Of a stretch of 64,000 bases of DNA, positions 20,428 through 31,387 are shown in pieces. The position numbers and the translations under genes were made by a program. The stretch's first letter is position 1. Each line of letters starts with the position of its first letter. This DNA comes from an uncultured Planctomycetaceae bacterium (GTDB lineage Bacteria; Planctomycetota; Planctomycetia; Isosphaerales; Isosphaeraceae), in contig CAWIAD010000001.1 in NCBI GenBank assembly GCA_963833985.1, positions 928,001-992,000 on the forward strand, read 5' to 3'. The notes beneath the pieces were generated by a model. That model had not been told where the DNA came from and did not search any database. It was given only the letters and a program-made list of their open reading frames with translations.

Positions 20428-20667
20428 GGTCAATCCCTTGCCTGTGCTTCGATGTCGCCCTCCTGGAGTGTCCGGAATCAAGCGAGAGAGCGGCGGATGT
20501 GACCGAGCTTTCCTGCGCCCGGACGCGACCGCTCGCCCCGGTCAGAGCCATGCCGAACCTCTTGCCGGCCCGGAGGGTTCAGTGTTCCCTCCGCTCTCTG
20601 ACCCTGCCCTTGACCATCGGCGCGAAGCAATCTCGATCTCGATCGAATTCCTGGCTCGGCCGGCGTG

Positions 20668-20705
20668 AAAAGTCCGATCTCCCGCTACAGGCGCAGAGAT
20701 CGGAC
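20668..20705 (-). terminator. Putative intrinsic terminator or stem-loop
   Basis: Perfect 10-bp inverted repeat GTCCGATCTC (20672-20681) / GAGATCGGAC (20696-20705), followed by TTTT on the minus strand, about 40 nt after the stop at 20745. Confidence 0.55.
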
Positions 20706-20744
20706 CATCTTCACCACTCGTTTCGCAGCCTGTTGCCCGCGCCG

Positions 20745-21529
20745 TCAATGTCCTGGGCCGTAAACCACAGAGGCCGGCAGCTCATTGACTGGCCGGGACG
20801 GGTCGTCATAGGCGATCGCCGCGTGCACACTCTTTTCCCTCTCTTCGCGAGCCTCGATCCGGCGTTGCCTGAGACCACCGAAACCGAAGAGGTGGCTGAT
20901 CACGTGAGGTCTCGAGTGCGACTGCGTATCCAGAGCCGTCTGCGCCGGGAGGATACTGGTGGTCTGAACCGCCGCGTCATATGGAGCCGCGCTGGTACGG
21001 GGAGGCATCGCTGCGCCACGCGAACCGTTCCACTGATTCGGGGCGCCCCGGAAGAGACCCACGGGGGCAGGACCCGCGTCGGCAAGCTGCGCCTCGCCAG
21101 CGCCGACGACGGCGTATCCTGGGGGGAGATTGCCGGCCATGACCGGTTCTCCCACAACGGCACGCCCAGGCGGCAGCGATTGCACCACGCTCACTGGGCC
21201 GGCTGCCATCGCGCCTGCCTGGCAGGCGGGGCAGGTCGTGCCTTGTTCATGAAAATGAACCGCCGAGTTTGCCATGGCCGGCATCGCCGGGGTTCCGGGC
21301 GGGGGGGAATGTCCACGCCGTCATGCTTCTTGGCCCAGGCGCGCTGGCATTCGACGCAATGCCGCCAGGCGAAGAGGCCCTTGTGATGGTGCGGGTTTCC
21401 GGACGTTTGCATGTTCTGGGGCGCCACGTAGTTCGCGGGTGGCGGTGCGGGCTCATCTCCGCGAGCGACGGCCGCGAAGACAAGCGCCAGGCCAGAGCAA
21501 CCCAGGCCCAAGCTTGCAAGGAAACGCAT
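20745..21529 (-). CDS. Secreted hypothetical protein with two CxxC motifs; frameshift in the G7 run at 21301-21307
   Basis: AGGAG RBS; signal peptide ending ARG; WRHCVECQRAW; adding one C joins DIPPPPGTPAMP to the 20745..21284 ORF (CPACQ). Confidence 0.65.
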
Positions 21530-21788
21530 TGAGGGAACTCCTTTCCCAGGTTCGCGCCGTACGCCCCGGCAGCATTCCGACGCGGAGCGCCTGAACCGGT
21601 CATCGATTGCCTTCCAGATCGGGTAGGCCGGCGGGACGGATGCGGGCCGAGGAGTCGGCTTCGATCCGGCCAATCTGGAACGGGCCCGAGTGCAGCTCGC
21701 AAGGAGCCGATGCGCGGACCTCCCGATACGTTCCCTAAGATCGGCACATCCTGACCGGGGCTTGCGAGAAAAACGATCTCCGGCCAGA

Positions 21789-23095
21789 TCAGCCGAACAA
21801 CTCGCCGACCACCTTCCCGCCATCGACAACCTTGATCGGCCGGCCGATCGGGGTCTGCACTTCCTTGCTGGCGTCAACGCCCAGGGCGTGACAGAGCGAT
21901 GCCATCAGGTCGGGGACGGTGACGGGGCGGTCCTTGACCTCCGTCCCCTCGCCGCTGGATGCGCCGATCACCTGGCCACCGCGGGTTCCGCCGCCGGCCA
22001 GGGCGACGTTGAAGACCCTGGGGAAATGGTCGCGTCCGGCGTTGCCATTGATCTTCGGGGTGCGGCCGAATTCGCCCATCCAGACAACCAGCGTGCGGCC
22101 CAGCATGCCCTGCTCCTTGAGGTCGCGAATCAAGGACGCGAACCCCGGGTCCACCTGCTGGGCGAGCTTGTCGACGCGCTCGTTGTTCTGCTGGTGGGTG
22201 TCCCAGCCGTTGCAGCGGACCTCGACGAAGGTGACGCCGGCCTGCACCAGCCTGCGGGCCAGCAGGCAACCCTGGCCAAACGGTGTGCGCCCGTAGGCAT
22301 CGCGGGTTCTCTGGCTTTCCGCGTCGAGGTGGAATGCATTCATGTGCGGCGAGAGAACCATGCGGGCGGACTGGGTGTACAGCGCCTGATGGTCCTTGAC
22401 GCGATCGTAGCCGCCGGCCTGCCCGAAACCCAGGGTTTCCAGCCGGGAAAGCAGGCCCAGCCGCCGCCGGAAACGGTCAACCGGGACGCGGGGCTGCGTG
22501 TTATCCGGCGGACGCTCCACGTTTTGTACGACAAATGGCTTCGATGCCGGCCCCAGAAAGCCGGCACCGATCGTCGCGCCGCCGATGCTCACGATGTGCG
22601 GGAGGTCGAACTTGCTCTCGCCGATCTCGGCGGCCATCGAGCAGCCGATACTCGGGTGCTTGAGCGTGGCCGTGGGGGTGTACCCGGTATGCAACTGGTA
22701 TGTCGCCCGCTGGTGGTTTCCCTCCTTGTTGGTCATCGACCGCACCAGGGCAATTTCCTTCATCACCCGCGCTGTCTGGTTCCATCCCTGGGCGATCGAG
22801 ATCCCCGGGACCGAGCTTTCTATGGCCTTGGTCGCTCCTCCGTGCTCGGTGCCCGGTTTCGGATCAAAGGTCTCGAGCTGGCTGGGGCCGCCGGCCATCC
22901 ACAGGAGGATGCACGCCATCTGCCGCTTCCGCAGCTCGTCGCGCGCAGCACCATCAGCTCGGTGAAGCTGAGCGGCAGGGCTGCGGCGCCGGCCATGCCC
23001 GCGGCACTCAGCCCCAGCGTGCGGAGGAAGCCCCGACGGCTGATGATGCCGTCTCGGTTCATGCCCACCTGGAGGATGTTCGATTCGATGTGCAT
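21789..23095 (-). CDS. DUF1501 domain protein with a Tat signal; frameshift near 22942
   Basis: SRRGFL Tat motif; LWMAGGPSQLETFDPKP; FGQGCLLARRLV; GWDTH; MGEFGRTPKIN...GRDH. Confidence 0.9.
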
Positions 23096-23106
23096 GCGAT
23101 TGCCCC

Positions 23107-24951
23107 CTAGCGCCTGGAGATGAACTCGGTGGAGTTGATGAGCGCCCAGTAGATGTCCTCGAACACCTCGACGCGGTTGCCCACGCGATCCATGTAGGCC
23201 GAGCAAGCCTCCAGCTCCCTGGCGGTCGGCGGGCGTGACAGCACGCGGAGGAACAGCCTGTTCAGCGCCGCGCGATCACCGGGCGCGGTGGCGAGGATCT
23301 CGCCGAGCACCGTCCCGGGACGGGCCTGCGTGCGGTTGTGGATCATCGGCGCGTTCATCAAGAACAGGGCCTGAGGAATGGTGCCCACGATCTCGTCCAC
23401 GGGCGTCGAGGGGTCAATGCCGAAGAGGTTGTTGAAGGCATTCCTGGGGCCGCCCAGGCGCATCGCTTTGCCTTGCCCCTTGCCCGGAGTGGGCGCGGAT
23501 CCGAGCCCGGCCGCTTCGATAGCCTTTTTAACGGCGAGCGGCTTGTTCTTGCCCTTGCCCTGGCCCCTGTCCGCAGCCTGGGCTGCCAGTGGGCCGCGGT
23601 TGCCCGGGCGCCGGTCCATGGCAGCGGTGGGTACGGCCGCGAGGTCAACCGGCAACCCCAGCGCCTCGCTCAGTGCCGCGGCGATCTGGTCGGAGCGGAG
23701 CCGGCCGGGGCAGCTCGCCGCGAACGAGGTCTTGCCCGCCGAGGTGTTGGTGCCGCGGGCCCTGCGCTGGTAGGCGTTGGTGAGGGTGATCGTCCGCAGC
23801 AGCCAGCGGATGTCGTAGCCTCCCTGCTGCCACTGCTGGGCGAGCGTTTCGATCAGTTCCGGCGCCTTGGGCTTCCGTTCCGGGCCAAGGTCGTCCACGG
23901 CCTCGTAGAAGGAATCGCCCATGAGGGCGTACCACATCCGGTTCACGAAGGCACGGGCGAACCACGGGTTGTCCTGTCCGGTGATGTACGACGCCCCCAG
24001 AGCCCGCCGCGCGACGGTGTCCAGTCCCAGCGGCACCCTGGCGTCCGCAATCGCCGCGGCCAGGAAAAACCGGGGCGCCACGGGAACCCGCTTGTTCGGG
24101 TTCTCCAAATCAGGCATCGCGTACCGCGGCCGTCCCTGCACCTGAACTTCAAAGACGGGCAATTGCCCCGGCATTCCCCGGATGACCGGCCGCATGCGGG
24201 TTCCCGAGAAGAACGCCGCGAATTCGTGGAACTGCTGCCGCTTCCACGAGTCGGTCTTGTGGTCGTGGCACTGTGCGCACTGGATCTGAACTCCCATGAA
24301 GATCCGCGACACCTCGCCGGCCAGCTCCACGGGCTTCGCCTCGTGTGCCAGCGCGAAGCTGGCCGCCCCGTTCTCGTCCACGCGCCCGGTGGCCGTGATC
24401 AGGTCGGCGGCGATCTCGTCCCAGGGGCGGTTCTTCCGGAACTGCTCGGTCAGCCAGTCCTCGAGGGCGTCGTAGCGGATCTGCTGGGGGTTCTGGTTGG
24501 TGGCGTGGAAGCGGATCACGTCCTTCCAGTAATGAGCCCAGTTGCGGGCGTATTCCGGGCTCTGGAGCAGGGCGTCGATCCGTCGCGCTCGCTTGTCGCC
24601 GGCGTGATCCTTCACGAAGGAGAGCACCTGGGCCGGCGTTGGCGGCGTACCCGCAAGATCAAACTGGACGCGACGGAGGAATTCGCCATCGCTGGTGAGC
24701 GTCGCCGGCTCGACCCTGGGGTCGGTCTGCTTGAGGTAGCTGGCGACCATCCGGTCCAGATCGGCCGGGGTCAAGCTCGGCGGCGTGACCGAGCGGACCG
24801 GCCGCTGGGGCAGGTGATTCTGCGCCGCAGGCTCCTCGGTTTTCGCCGTCCTCACTTCCTGTCCGGGCAGACTCAGGTTCATCGTCAAGGCCGCAAGCAT
24901 GGCCGCGAACACCGGCCAGCAAGGTTCGCGCCAGCCAACCGCTCTGTTCAT
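23107..24951 (-). CDS. DUF1549/DUF1553 (PSCyt2/PSD1) domain protein
   Basis: FLRRVQFDLAGTPPT; FMGVQIQCAQCHDH; FARAFVNRMW; PQALFLMN; WALINSTEF. Confidence 0.9.
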   Translation of the reverse strand: MNRAVGWREPCWPVFAAMLAALTMNLSLPGQEVRTAKTEEPAAQNHLPQRPVRSVTPPSLTPADLDRMVASYLKQTDPRVEPATLTSDGEFLRRVQFDLAGTPPTPAQVLSFVKDHAGDKRARRIDALLQSPEYARNWAHYWKDVIRFHATNQNPQQIRYDALEDWLTEQFRKNRPWDEIAADLITATGRVDENGAASFALAHEAKPVELAGEVSRIFMGVQIQCAQCHDHKTDSWKRQQFHEFAAFFSGTRMRPVIRGMPGQLPVFEVQVQGRPRYAMPDLENPNKRVPVAPRFFLAAAIADARVPLGLDTVARRALGASYITGQDNPWFARAFVNRMWYALMGDSFYEAVDDLGPERKPKAPELIETLAQQWQQGGYDIRWLLRTITLTNAYQRRARGTNTSAGKTSFAASCPGRLRSDQIAAALSEALGLPVDLAAVPTAAMDRRPGNRGPLAAQAADRGQGKGKNKPLAVKKAIEAAGLGSAPTPGKGQGKAMRLGGPRNAFNNLFGIDPSTPVDEIVGTIPQALFLMNAPMIHNRTQARPGTVLGEILATAPGDRAALNRLFLRVLSRPPTARELEACSAYMDRVGNRVEVFEDIYWALINSTEFISRR

Positions 24952-25547
24952 CCGCCTGTCTCCGGTTGTGGACTCGAGCCGATGGGACCGAATTGATCTT
25001 CTCTCCGTCAGCCCTCATCCGTCAATTCAACCCCGCTTCCGCCGTCGCGGTGTCGCCGCATTCCGGGTCCGCTTGTGATTCTGGTGAACGCAGCGATGCG
25101 GAAGCCGTCCTGCGAGCGCCGAGGGTGCGTTACGCGGGTTCTTCCGGAGATGCCAGGCCGGTGAGTGTTTCCGGCAGCAGCGCCTGGTGAACCGGGTTTC
25201 GACTCAAGTCTTTCGAGTCCGGATTCTTGCCGTGAGTTCCGGCAAGCCGGGGTGCTCGAGCGTGCGGGCGGACGGTCCGACACAATACGCACGGACAGAC
25301 TATCCCTTGCTGCACCATCGGGTTGCTTGCGCGCTTTGGTTGCCCGGCGGGCGGGCGCACATTAGATTTCAACGGCTTGAACAGGGAGTGAGGATCAGGG
25401 CGGCTTGGCGGGCAGGACAGCACGCGATTGCCCCGGGGTGGGCAAGCCGCATGCCGGGAGGCCCGATCGTTCTCGAGATGCACCTGGGGAGTTGAGTGCC
25501 AGTCGCGATTCGTTGATTCGATCGGTCTCGCAACCCGGAGAATTGAA

Positions 25548-26285
25548 ATGCAAGGAACGATCGTGATGCTGGTCGCTCTGAGCGGGCTGGGCTGTCACCA
25601 CAAGGCGTGTGACGTGACCTTCGCCCCCTCGGGCTACTACTGCATGGGCGGCTGTCTGCCCGAGGAAAACGAAACGGATTACCCGGCTCCTGCCTACGCA
25701 CGCGGCCACATGCGCCCCGGCGGTTGCACCGACGGAACAGCCGGCCAGGGCGGGCATGGCTATTCCGCAAGCGATGTTCTGCTCTCCGGCCTGATGTACC
25801 TGGGAGGCGGCTGGGGTGGTAGCTGGAAGCGCCATCACACGCTCAGCCACGGAGTCGACCAGGGCGGATACGGTCCGGGCTATGGATACTGGGCCAACGG
25901 CTACGGCCATGGGGACCCGTCACCCGCGGTCTTCGGATCGGTCATCCCCATCTATGAAACGCCGATGAATTCCGGACCGGCGAGTCCAGGCTTTCCGCTG
26001 GTGAATCCGATGTACCCGACGCCGAACACCGGCGCGGCGGGGAGCGACTCCGCGGCAGGCGGGGCCGGGAACGGACCAGGCTACACCACGATCCCGGGAG
26101 CGGAAGGTACGCCCGCAAGCCCGGCGGCGCCGGGCGGGCCGGGTTCTCCCGCCCCAGCATCTCCGCCCCCGCGGCCGGCACCTGCCGCCGGCGCCCCCGT
26201 TGTTCCGGCCGAACCTGCCGTGCCGCCTCCTCCGACACCGGTCGTTCCCGGTGTTGCCAGGAATGGAACCCGCGCAGGATCCTGA
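25548..26285 (+). CDS. Hypothetical secreted protein or lipoprotein, Gly/Tyr-rich then Pro/Ala-rich
   Basis: GGAG upstream of the ATG; MQGTIVMLVALSGLGCHHK N-terminus; low-complexity Pro-rich C-terminus. Confidence 0.55.
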   Translation: MQGTIVMLVALSGLGCHHKACDVTFAPSGYYCMGGCLPEENETDYPAPAYARGHMRPGGCTDGTAGQGGHGYSASDVLLSGLMYLGGGWGGSWKRHHTLSHGVDQGGYGPGYGYWANGYGHGDPSPAVFGSVIPIYETPMNSGPASPGFPLVNPMYPTPNTGAAGSDSAAGGAGNGPGYTTIPGAEGTPASPAAPGGPGSPAPASPPPRPAPAAGAPVVPAEPAVPPPPTPVVPGVARNGTRAGS

Positions 26286-26512
26286 AGAGGTTGATTCGGT
26301 CCCTGTGCCTTCACCGTCCCCGCCTGGCCGCGAGGTTCCTGGCGAGCGTCGATGCGTCCACGGCTTCGGCCGCAAGCCAGGTGATGGCATGCCGGGCCAC
26401 GGGAAGGCACATGGAACCTCATGAATCTCGATTAAGCGTCACCTTTCCGGGATCGTGTCGCCGATAAGTTGAACTGGAGTAGCTGGAGATCATGGGATAA
26501 GGAGGTCCCGGC

Positions 26513-26839
26513 ATGTGGCGTAAAACTTTCCTGGCAGTTTGTGCGCTCGGTTGCACCGGATGTGCGGTCACGGACCGCCTGGACCTTGTCAACCAGCATC
26601 TCAGCGTGGCGAACTCACAGCTTTCCACGGCCGATCAGCGGCTGGCCGAAATGCAGGCGAATGTCCGCGATCTCCACGCGCAGATGAATGTCGCCCTGCG
26701 CAGTCTCGAGGAGACCAACCGCAAGTTGAACACCGTTGAGCAGGCCGTCTTGCAGTCGCCCGTGCTGCGACCCAAGATCAGCCCGCCTCCGCCGATCCGG
26801 CCTATCCCGCCGCCGGCTGCGTCCGCTCCCTCTCGTTGA
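26513..26839 (+). CDS. Small coiled-coil lipoprotein
   Basis: AAGGAGG RBS; lipobox-like CTGC; heptad-like segment; Pro-rich tail. Confidence 0.6.
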   Translation: MWRKTFLAVCALGCTGCAVTDRLDLVNQHLSVANSQLSTADQRLAEMQANVRDLHAQMNVALRSLEETNRKLNTVEQAVLQSPVLRPKISPPPPIRPIPPPAASAPSR

Positions 26840-27166
26840 TGATCGTGCTCGAAAGAGTGTCGGAAGCCCGGGATGGGGCTCTCGGGCCCTGGTCAGAATC
26901 CCGACAACCTTCCCGTCTTCCACTTCCCCTTCACGGTCTGGTCGCAGTTGTGTATGAAACGTAGGCAATCCGAGGCCCCGGGAGGTCGAGGCTTCGGCCT
27001 TGATCTCCCTGCGGGTCCGGACTGTTTGCGACTCCTGCGTGATTGAATAGAATGAAGGCGTGCAGCCGCGCTTCAGCGAAACAAACCGGGGCCCGGCCTG
27101 GCGCACGGCGTGACGCCCGCATTCCACGAACGTTCATCCAGATCGTGTCCCAAGGTAGCTCACTCG

Positions 27167-28064
27167 ATGCCCGACCCACTGGTGACATCACGGCCCTTGC
27201 CGGTCTCTGATCAGGACGCGCATTCCGCGCCCGTGCCGCCAGTCGTCCCTCCCATGTTGAGCGAGCGGCAACGCCGCGAATGGCTCATCGAAACGCTCGG
27301 GGAAGCCTTCTGCCGCAAGCTTGGCGTCTATCGGATTCCCCAGGACCTCGTCCTCTCGGTGGTGATTCCGGCGTACAACGAAAATCGAACGATCCGCGAG
27401 ATCCTCGACCGCGTCCGCGCGGTGCCAATCAACAAGCAGATCATCGTGGTCGACGACTGCTCGACCGACGGCACGCGTGAGATCCTGCGGCAGGAAGCCG
27501 AGCGCGACCCCGGCATGATGCTGGTCCTGCACGAGGTGAACCAGGGGAAAGGCGCGTGCGCTGCGGACCGGCTTCCGGCACGCCACCGGCGACCTGGTGA
27601 TCGTCCAGGACGCTGACCTGGAATACGAGCCCGAACAGTATCCCGAACTTCTTCAGCCGATCGTCGAGGGGAAGGCCGACGTGGTCTTCGGCTCGCGGTT
27701 CATCGGCGAGACCCATCGCGTGCTCTATTTCTGGCATTCGGTGGCGAACAAGGGCTTGACATTGCTCTCGAACATGTTTACTAACTTGAACCTCACCGAC
27801 ATGGAGGTCTGCTACAAGGTCTTCCGCCGCGAGATCATCCAGGGCATCACGCTCAGGAGCGATCGCTTTGGCTTCGAGCCGGAGGTCACCGCGAAGGTCG
27901 CCCGCTACACGCTGACCGACGAGCACGGCCGGCGCCGGCTTTGCCGGATTTACGAGATCCCGGTCTCGTACCACGGGCGTACCTATCTCGAAGGCAAGAA
28001 GATCGGGATCAAGGACGGCTTCCAGGCGCTCTACTGCATCATCCGCTACGCCTTCACGGACTGA
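27167..28064 (+). CDS. GT2 glycosyltransferase (DPM synthase-like); frameshift near 27557
   Basis: [20 protein letters not shown]; removing one T gives [35 protein letters not shown]. Confidence 0.9.
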
Positions 28065-28082
28065 TCGGAGACAGCCCCCGGC

Positions 28083-29513
28083 ATGCCATCTCCTGGAGGA
28101 CGAGGATTTCTGGGGCGATCCGCCTTCGTGCGCGGCCTTGCGGGATTCCTCAGCCTTCTCTTGCAGGTCAGCCCCGCTCCATGCGCCGGCGCTCAGCAGG
28201 CCGGCGAAAAGACCGTCCCCGGATCAATGGGCGGACCCTGGCGGGCGCTTGGCCGGGTGCTGGACCAGGACGGAAAGCCGTTCGCGGGCGTCGAGGTCAG
28301 AGCGTTCTGTGGCTCGGGAACATTACGCCGCACCGGCAGCGCCACCAGCGGTGAGGACGGGCGGTACGAGGTCAACTTCGGTCCCGGTATCCTGTCCCCG
28401 GGTGGCCCCACCCTCCAGGCCGCCACCATCTCGGCGATCAAGCCTGGTTATTTCGAGGAGAACCTGAACAGGCAGGGCGGATGCCTTGCCGCTGGCGCGA
28501 TGCCCGACGACCAGCAGCTCGAGCAATGGGGTGGGAGCAAGGACCGCCTGTTCCTGCCGGGCCATGCTCTGGAACTGAACTTCAAGATGCGGCCGGCAGC
28601 GCGTGTCTCGGGAACGCTGCTGGACGAGCAAGGGAAGCCGCTGACCGGCTACTGGGTGGGTCTCGGAGGGTCCGAGAACCCGCCATCGATGGGCGCGGTC
28701 ATTCCGTGCGCTGCCGATGCTCAGGGCCGGTTCTTGCTGGAAGACATCCCGACCACTTTTCGATATCAATTCGGGGTCCGCAAAGCCGACCCCAGACCGC
28801 CCTGGGACGACTCCTGGGCCAGCGCGGCTGTGCGCTTCGAGCGACCCGAACAGGGGGACATGCTGGCCTGGTTCGGCGATCGGCAGATCCGCATCCAGCG
28901 TCTAGAACTCCGCATCGCCGGACCGGGCGTGCATGGCCGGACCGCGATGCCGGTGGCCGGCAACTCCGGCCGGCTTCACCTTACCGCCCTTGCAGCGACG
29001 GACGTGTTGCAGGACACCAGGGCGTTGCTGGCCGTGAAGATGGGCGTGCTCACGCTGCGTAACAGAACGGACCCGGAAATGAGCCGGTCGCTGATCCCGG
29101 AGTCGGTACCGGTGGCACCCGAGGAGACTTCAACCCGCCTCGCCCGCACGCGGCCAAACGAAGCGGGGGAGTTCATCATCTCGTTTCAAAACCCGCGCGG
29201 CATCAAGCTCGTGCCGGGCGAGCATCAGGTGATCTTCCAGGTATTCGTCGGGGTGTCGCGGCAGCCGATCCGCCAAAAAATCTTCCGGCAGCTTGAGATC
29301 CAGGACCGACGCTACCATGTGCCTGTGAAAGTCGCTCCCGAGTGGATCGATGACAGTCGCGTCTCCATCGTGTTCCTGACGATCCAGCCCGATCACAACG
29401 CCTGGGTCAAGTCCTTCTTCCAGGACGGGAAGGGGACACGCTACAAGGGAACCTGGAGTGAAGACAGCGCGATTTTGCCCGCGATCCCACTCACAGCGCA
29501 GGACGGCAAGTGA
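28083..29513 (+). CDS. Secreted protein with carboxypeptidase-regulatory-like (beta-sandwich) domains
   Basis: Signal peptide; GRVLDQDGKPFAGVEV...TSGEDGRY; SGTLLDEQGKPL...ADAQGRF. Confidence 0.65.
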   Translation: MPSPGGRGFLGRSAFVRGLAGFLSLLLQVSPAPCAGAQQAGEKTVPGSMGGPWRALGRVLDQDGKPFAGVEVRAFCGSGTLRRTGSATSGEDGRYEVNFGPGILSPGGPTLQAATISAIKPGYFEENLNRQGGCLAAGAMPDDQQLEQWGGSKDRLFLPGHALELNFKMRPAARVSGTLLDEQGKPLTGYWVGLGGSENPPSMGAVIPCAADAQGRFLLEDIPTTFRYQFGVRKADPRPPWDDSWASAAVRFERPEQGDMLAWFGDRQIRIQRLELRIAGPGVHGRTAMPVAGNSGRLHLTALAATDVLQDTRALLAVKMGVLTLRNRTDPEMSRSLIPESVPVAPEETSTRLARTRPNEAGEFIISFQNPRGIKLVPGEHQVIFQVFVGVSRQPIRQKIFRQLEIQDRRYHVPVKVAPEWIDDSRVSIVFLTIQPDHNAWVKSFFQDGKGTRYKGTWSEDSAILPAIPLTAQDGK

Positions 29514-29748
29514 CCGCATCCGGCCCGCAGCAACCGTTCAGCTTTCCCCGCCCCGGTGATCGCGCTTCGCTTCCCTCTTGCACACCTCGTCGAAAGGGCA
29601 GGGAAGTCCTGGCCGAGCTCGCGCTCGACGCATGCACGGAAAACGCCTACGATAAGAACACCTCAGACGCTGAAAGCAGGGCAGCGAGTTGACCAGGCGA
29701 AACCTGTTTAAGGGATGGCACCGAGCGTTCTCGAACCAGGAGCCCAAC

Positions 29749-30612
29749 ATGCTGAGAAATCGCGCGGCATCCGCAAGCGGCCATGTCCTGCTCGTTCTGG
29801 CGACGTGGTTGCTGGGCTCCGCGCAGCTTCCCGCACAGGAGACCTCGTCTCCAGCCCCGAGACTGCAGTCGCCCGCCAAGGACCGCGCGGGGACGACGAA
29901 GGCCCGCCCGGCGAAGCGTGCCCGGACTCGCCGCGACCGGCCGGGGTTCTACATGGGCCGGCGCATCGCCGACGTGATGTCGTGGCAGGGGGCCGACTGG
30001 CTCTTTCGCGAGACGCGGATCGAGGAAGAGCAGCCTGAGGCCATGCTCGACGCTCTGAAGATTCCCGCGGGGGCCACGGTCGCCGATGTGGGCGCAGGGG
30101 CGGGCTATCATAGCATTCGCCTGGCGCGCCGGGTCGGTCCCAGGGGAACCGTCCTGGCCACTGACCTCCAGACCGAGATGCTTCAGATGCTCCGGCAAAA
30201 CGCACAGGCCGCCGGCGTGACAAACATCAAACCCTTGCTCGCCACACAGCAGGACTCCAGGCTGCCGGAGGAGAAGGTCGACCTGATCCTCATGGTCGAC
30301 GTCTACCACGAATGCACCGATCCGGAGACGACCCTTCAGAACCTACACAAGGCGCTGCGGCCCGGCGGCCGGCTCGTGCTGGTTGAGTTCCGCGCCGAGG
30401 ATGCGGACGTGCCCATCAAACCCGAGCACAAGATGACCCTGAAACAGGTGCGCCGGGAGGTTGAGCCGCAGGGCTTCCAGTTCGTGAACTCGCTCGAGTT
30501 CCTGCCCTGGCAGCATGTCATCATCTTTGACAGGCCGGCGGAGAAGACCGAGGCCGGTAAGCCGAGCGCGCCCGACGCCAGGCCCGCGCTCAGCAAGCCG
30601 GCCTCGCGCTAG
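29749..30612 (+). CDS. Exported class I SAM-dependent methyltransferase
   Basis: AGGAG RBS; signal-like N-terminus; YMGRRIADVM; VADVGAGAGY; MVDVYHE; LRPGGRLVLVEFRAED. Confidence 0.85.
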   Translation: MLRNRAASASGHVLLVLATWLLGSAQLPAQETSSPAPRLQSPAKDRAGTTKARPAKRARTRRDRPGFYMGRRIADVMSWQGADWLFRETRIEEEQPEAMLDALKIPAGATVADVGAGAGYHSIRLARRVGPRGTVLATDLQTEMLQMLRQNAQAAGVTNIKPLLATQQDSRLPEEKVDLILMVDVYHECTDPETTLQNLHKALRPGGRLVLVEFRAEDADVPIKPEHKMTLKQVRREVEPQGFQFVNSLEFLPWQHVIIFDRPAEKTEAGKPSAPDARPALSKPASR

Positions 30613-30621
30613 TCCCGTCCG

Positions 30622-31331
30622 TCACGAGTCGCGATCATCCTGCTGGCGGCGGAACCCGCGTGCCCGGATGATGAAGAACAGGAGTTGAAGGATACTGGTG
30701 AGCGTGCCGGCGACGTAGGTCATGGCCGCCGCACCCAGCACCTTCTTGACCACCTGGTCTTCCTCGGGTGTGATCAGCCCGTTTTGCTGAAGCTGCTCGC
30801 GCGCCCTGCGGCTGGCGTCAAACTCCACCGGCAGGTTGACAAGCTGGAAGACGACGGTGGTGGAGAAGAGCAGGATCCCGATCCAGACGAGGGTCATCGA
30901 TTGCAGGAAGACGCCCGCCAGGAGCGCCGTGAAGGAGATGTTCGAGCCGATGCCGGCCAGCGGCACGATGAGGTTCCGGACCACCAGGAGCGGGTAATGG
31001 CTGGCGTCCTGGATGGCATGGCCGGCCTCATGGGCAGCGACCCCCACGGCGGCCAGCGAGCGGTCCTGAAAGTTGGAGGCCGAGAGGCGGAGGATCTTCT
31101 TCGAAGGGTCGTAGTGGTCGGTCAACTGGCCGGCCACCGGCTCGATGGGCACGTTGCCGACACCACTCGACCGCATGATCACCGCGGCCGCCTCGGCGCC
31201 GGAAACGCCCGAGGAGGCACGATAGCGCGAGCCCTCCCGGTAGGCCGAAGCGATCCGGGCTTGCGCCAGCCGGCCACGGCCATCCCCGGCAGCATCAACA
31301 GCAGGTAGAGCGGATCGAAGCCCAGCGGCAT
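30622..31331 (-). CDS. Membrane neutral zinc metallopeptidase (YugP-like); frameshift near 31267
   Basis: GQLTDHYDP; VAAHEAGHAIQ; LPVEFDASRRA; VLGAAAMTYVA; true N-terminus MPLGFDPLYLLLMLPG lies in another frame. Confidence 0.88.
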
Positions 31332-31387
31332 ATCGGCGGTCCAGATCAGGTTCAGGACAGTCGGGACTCCGGCGAAACCGGTACACG

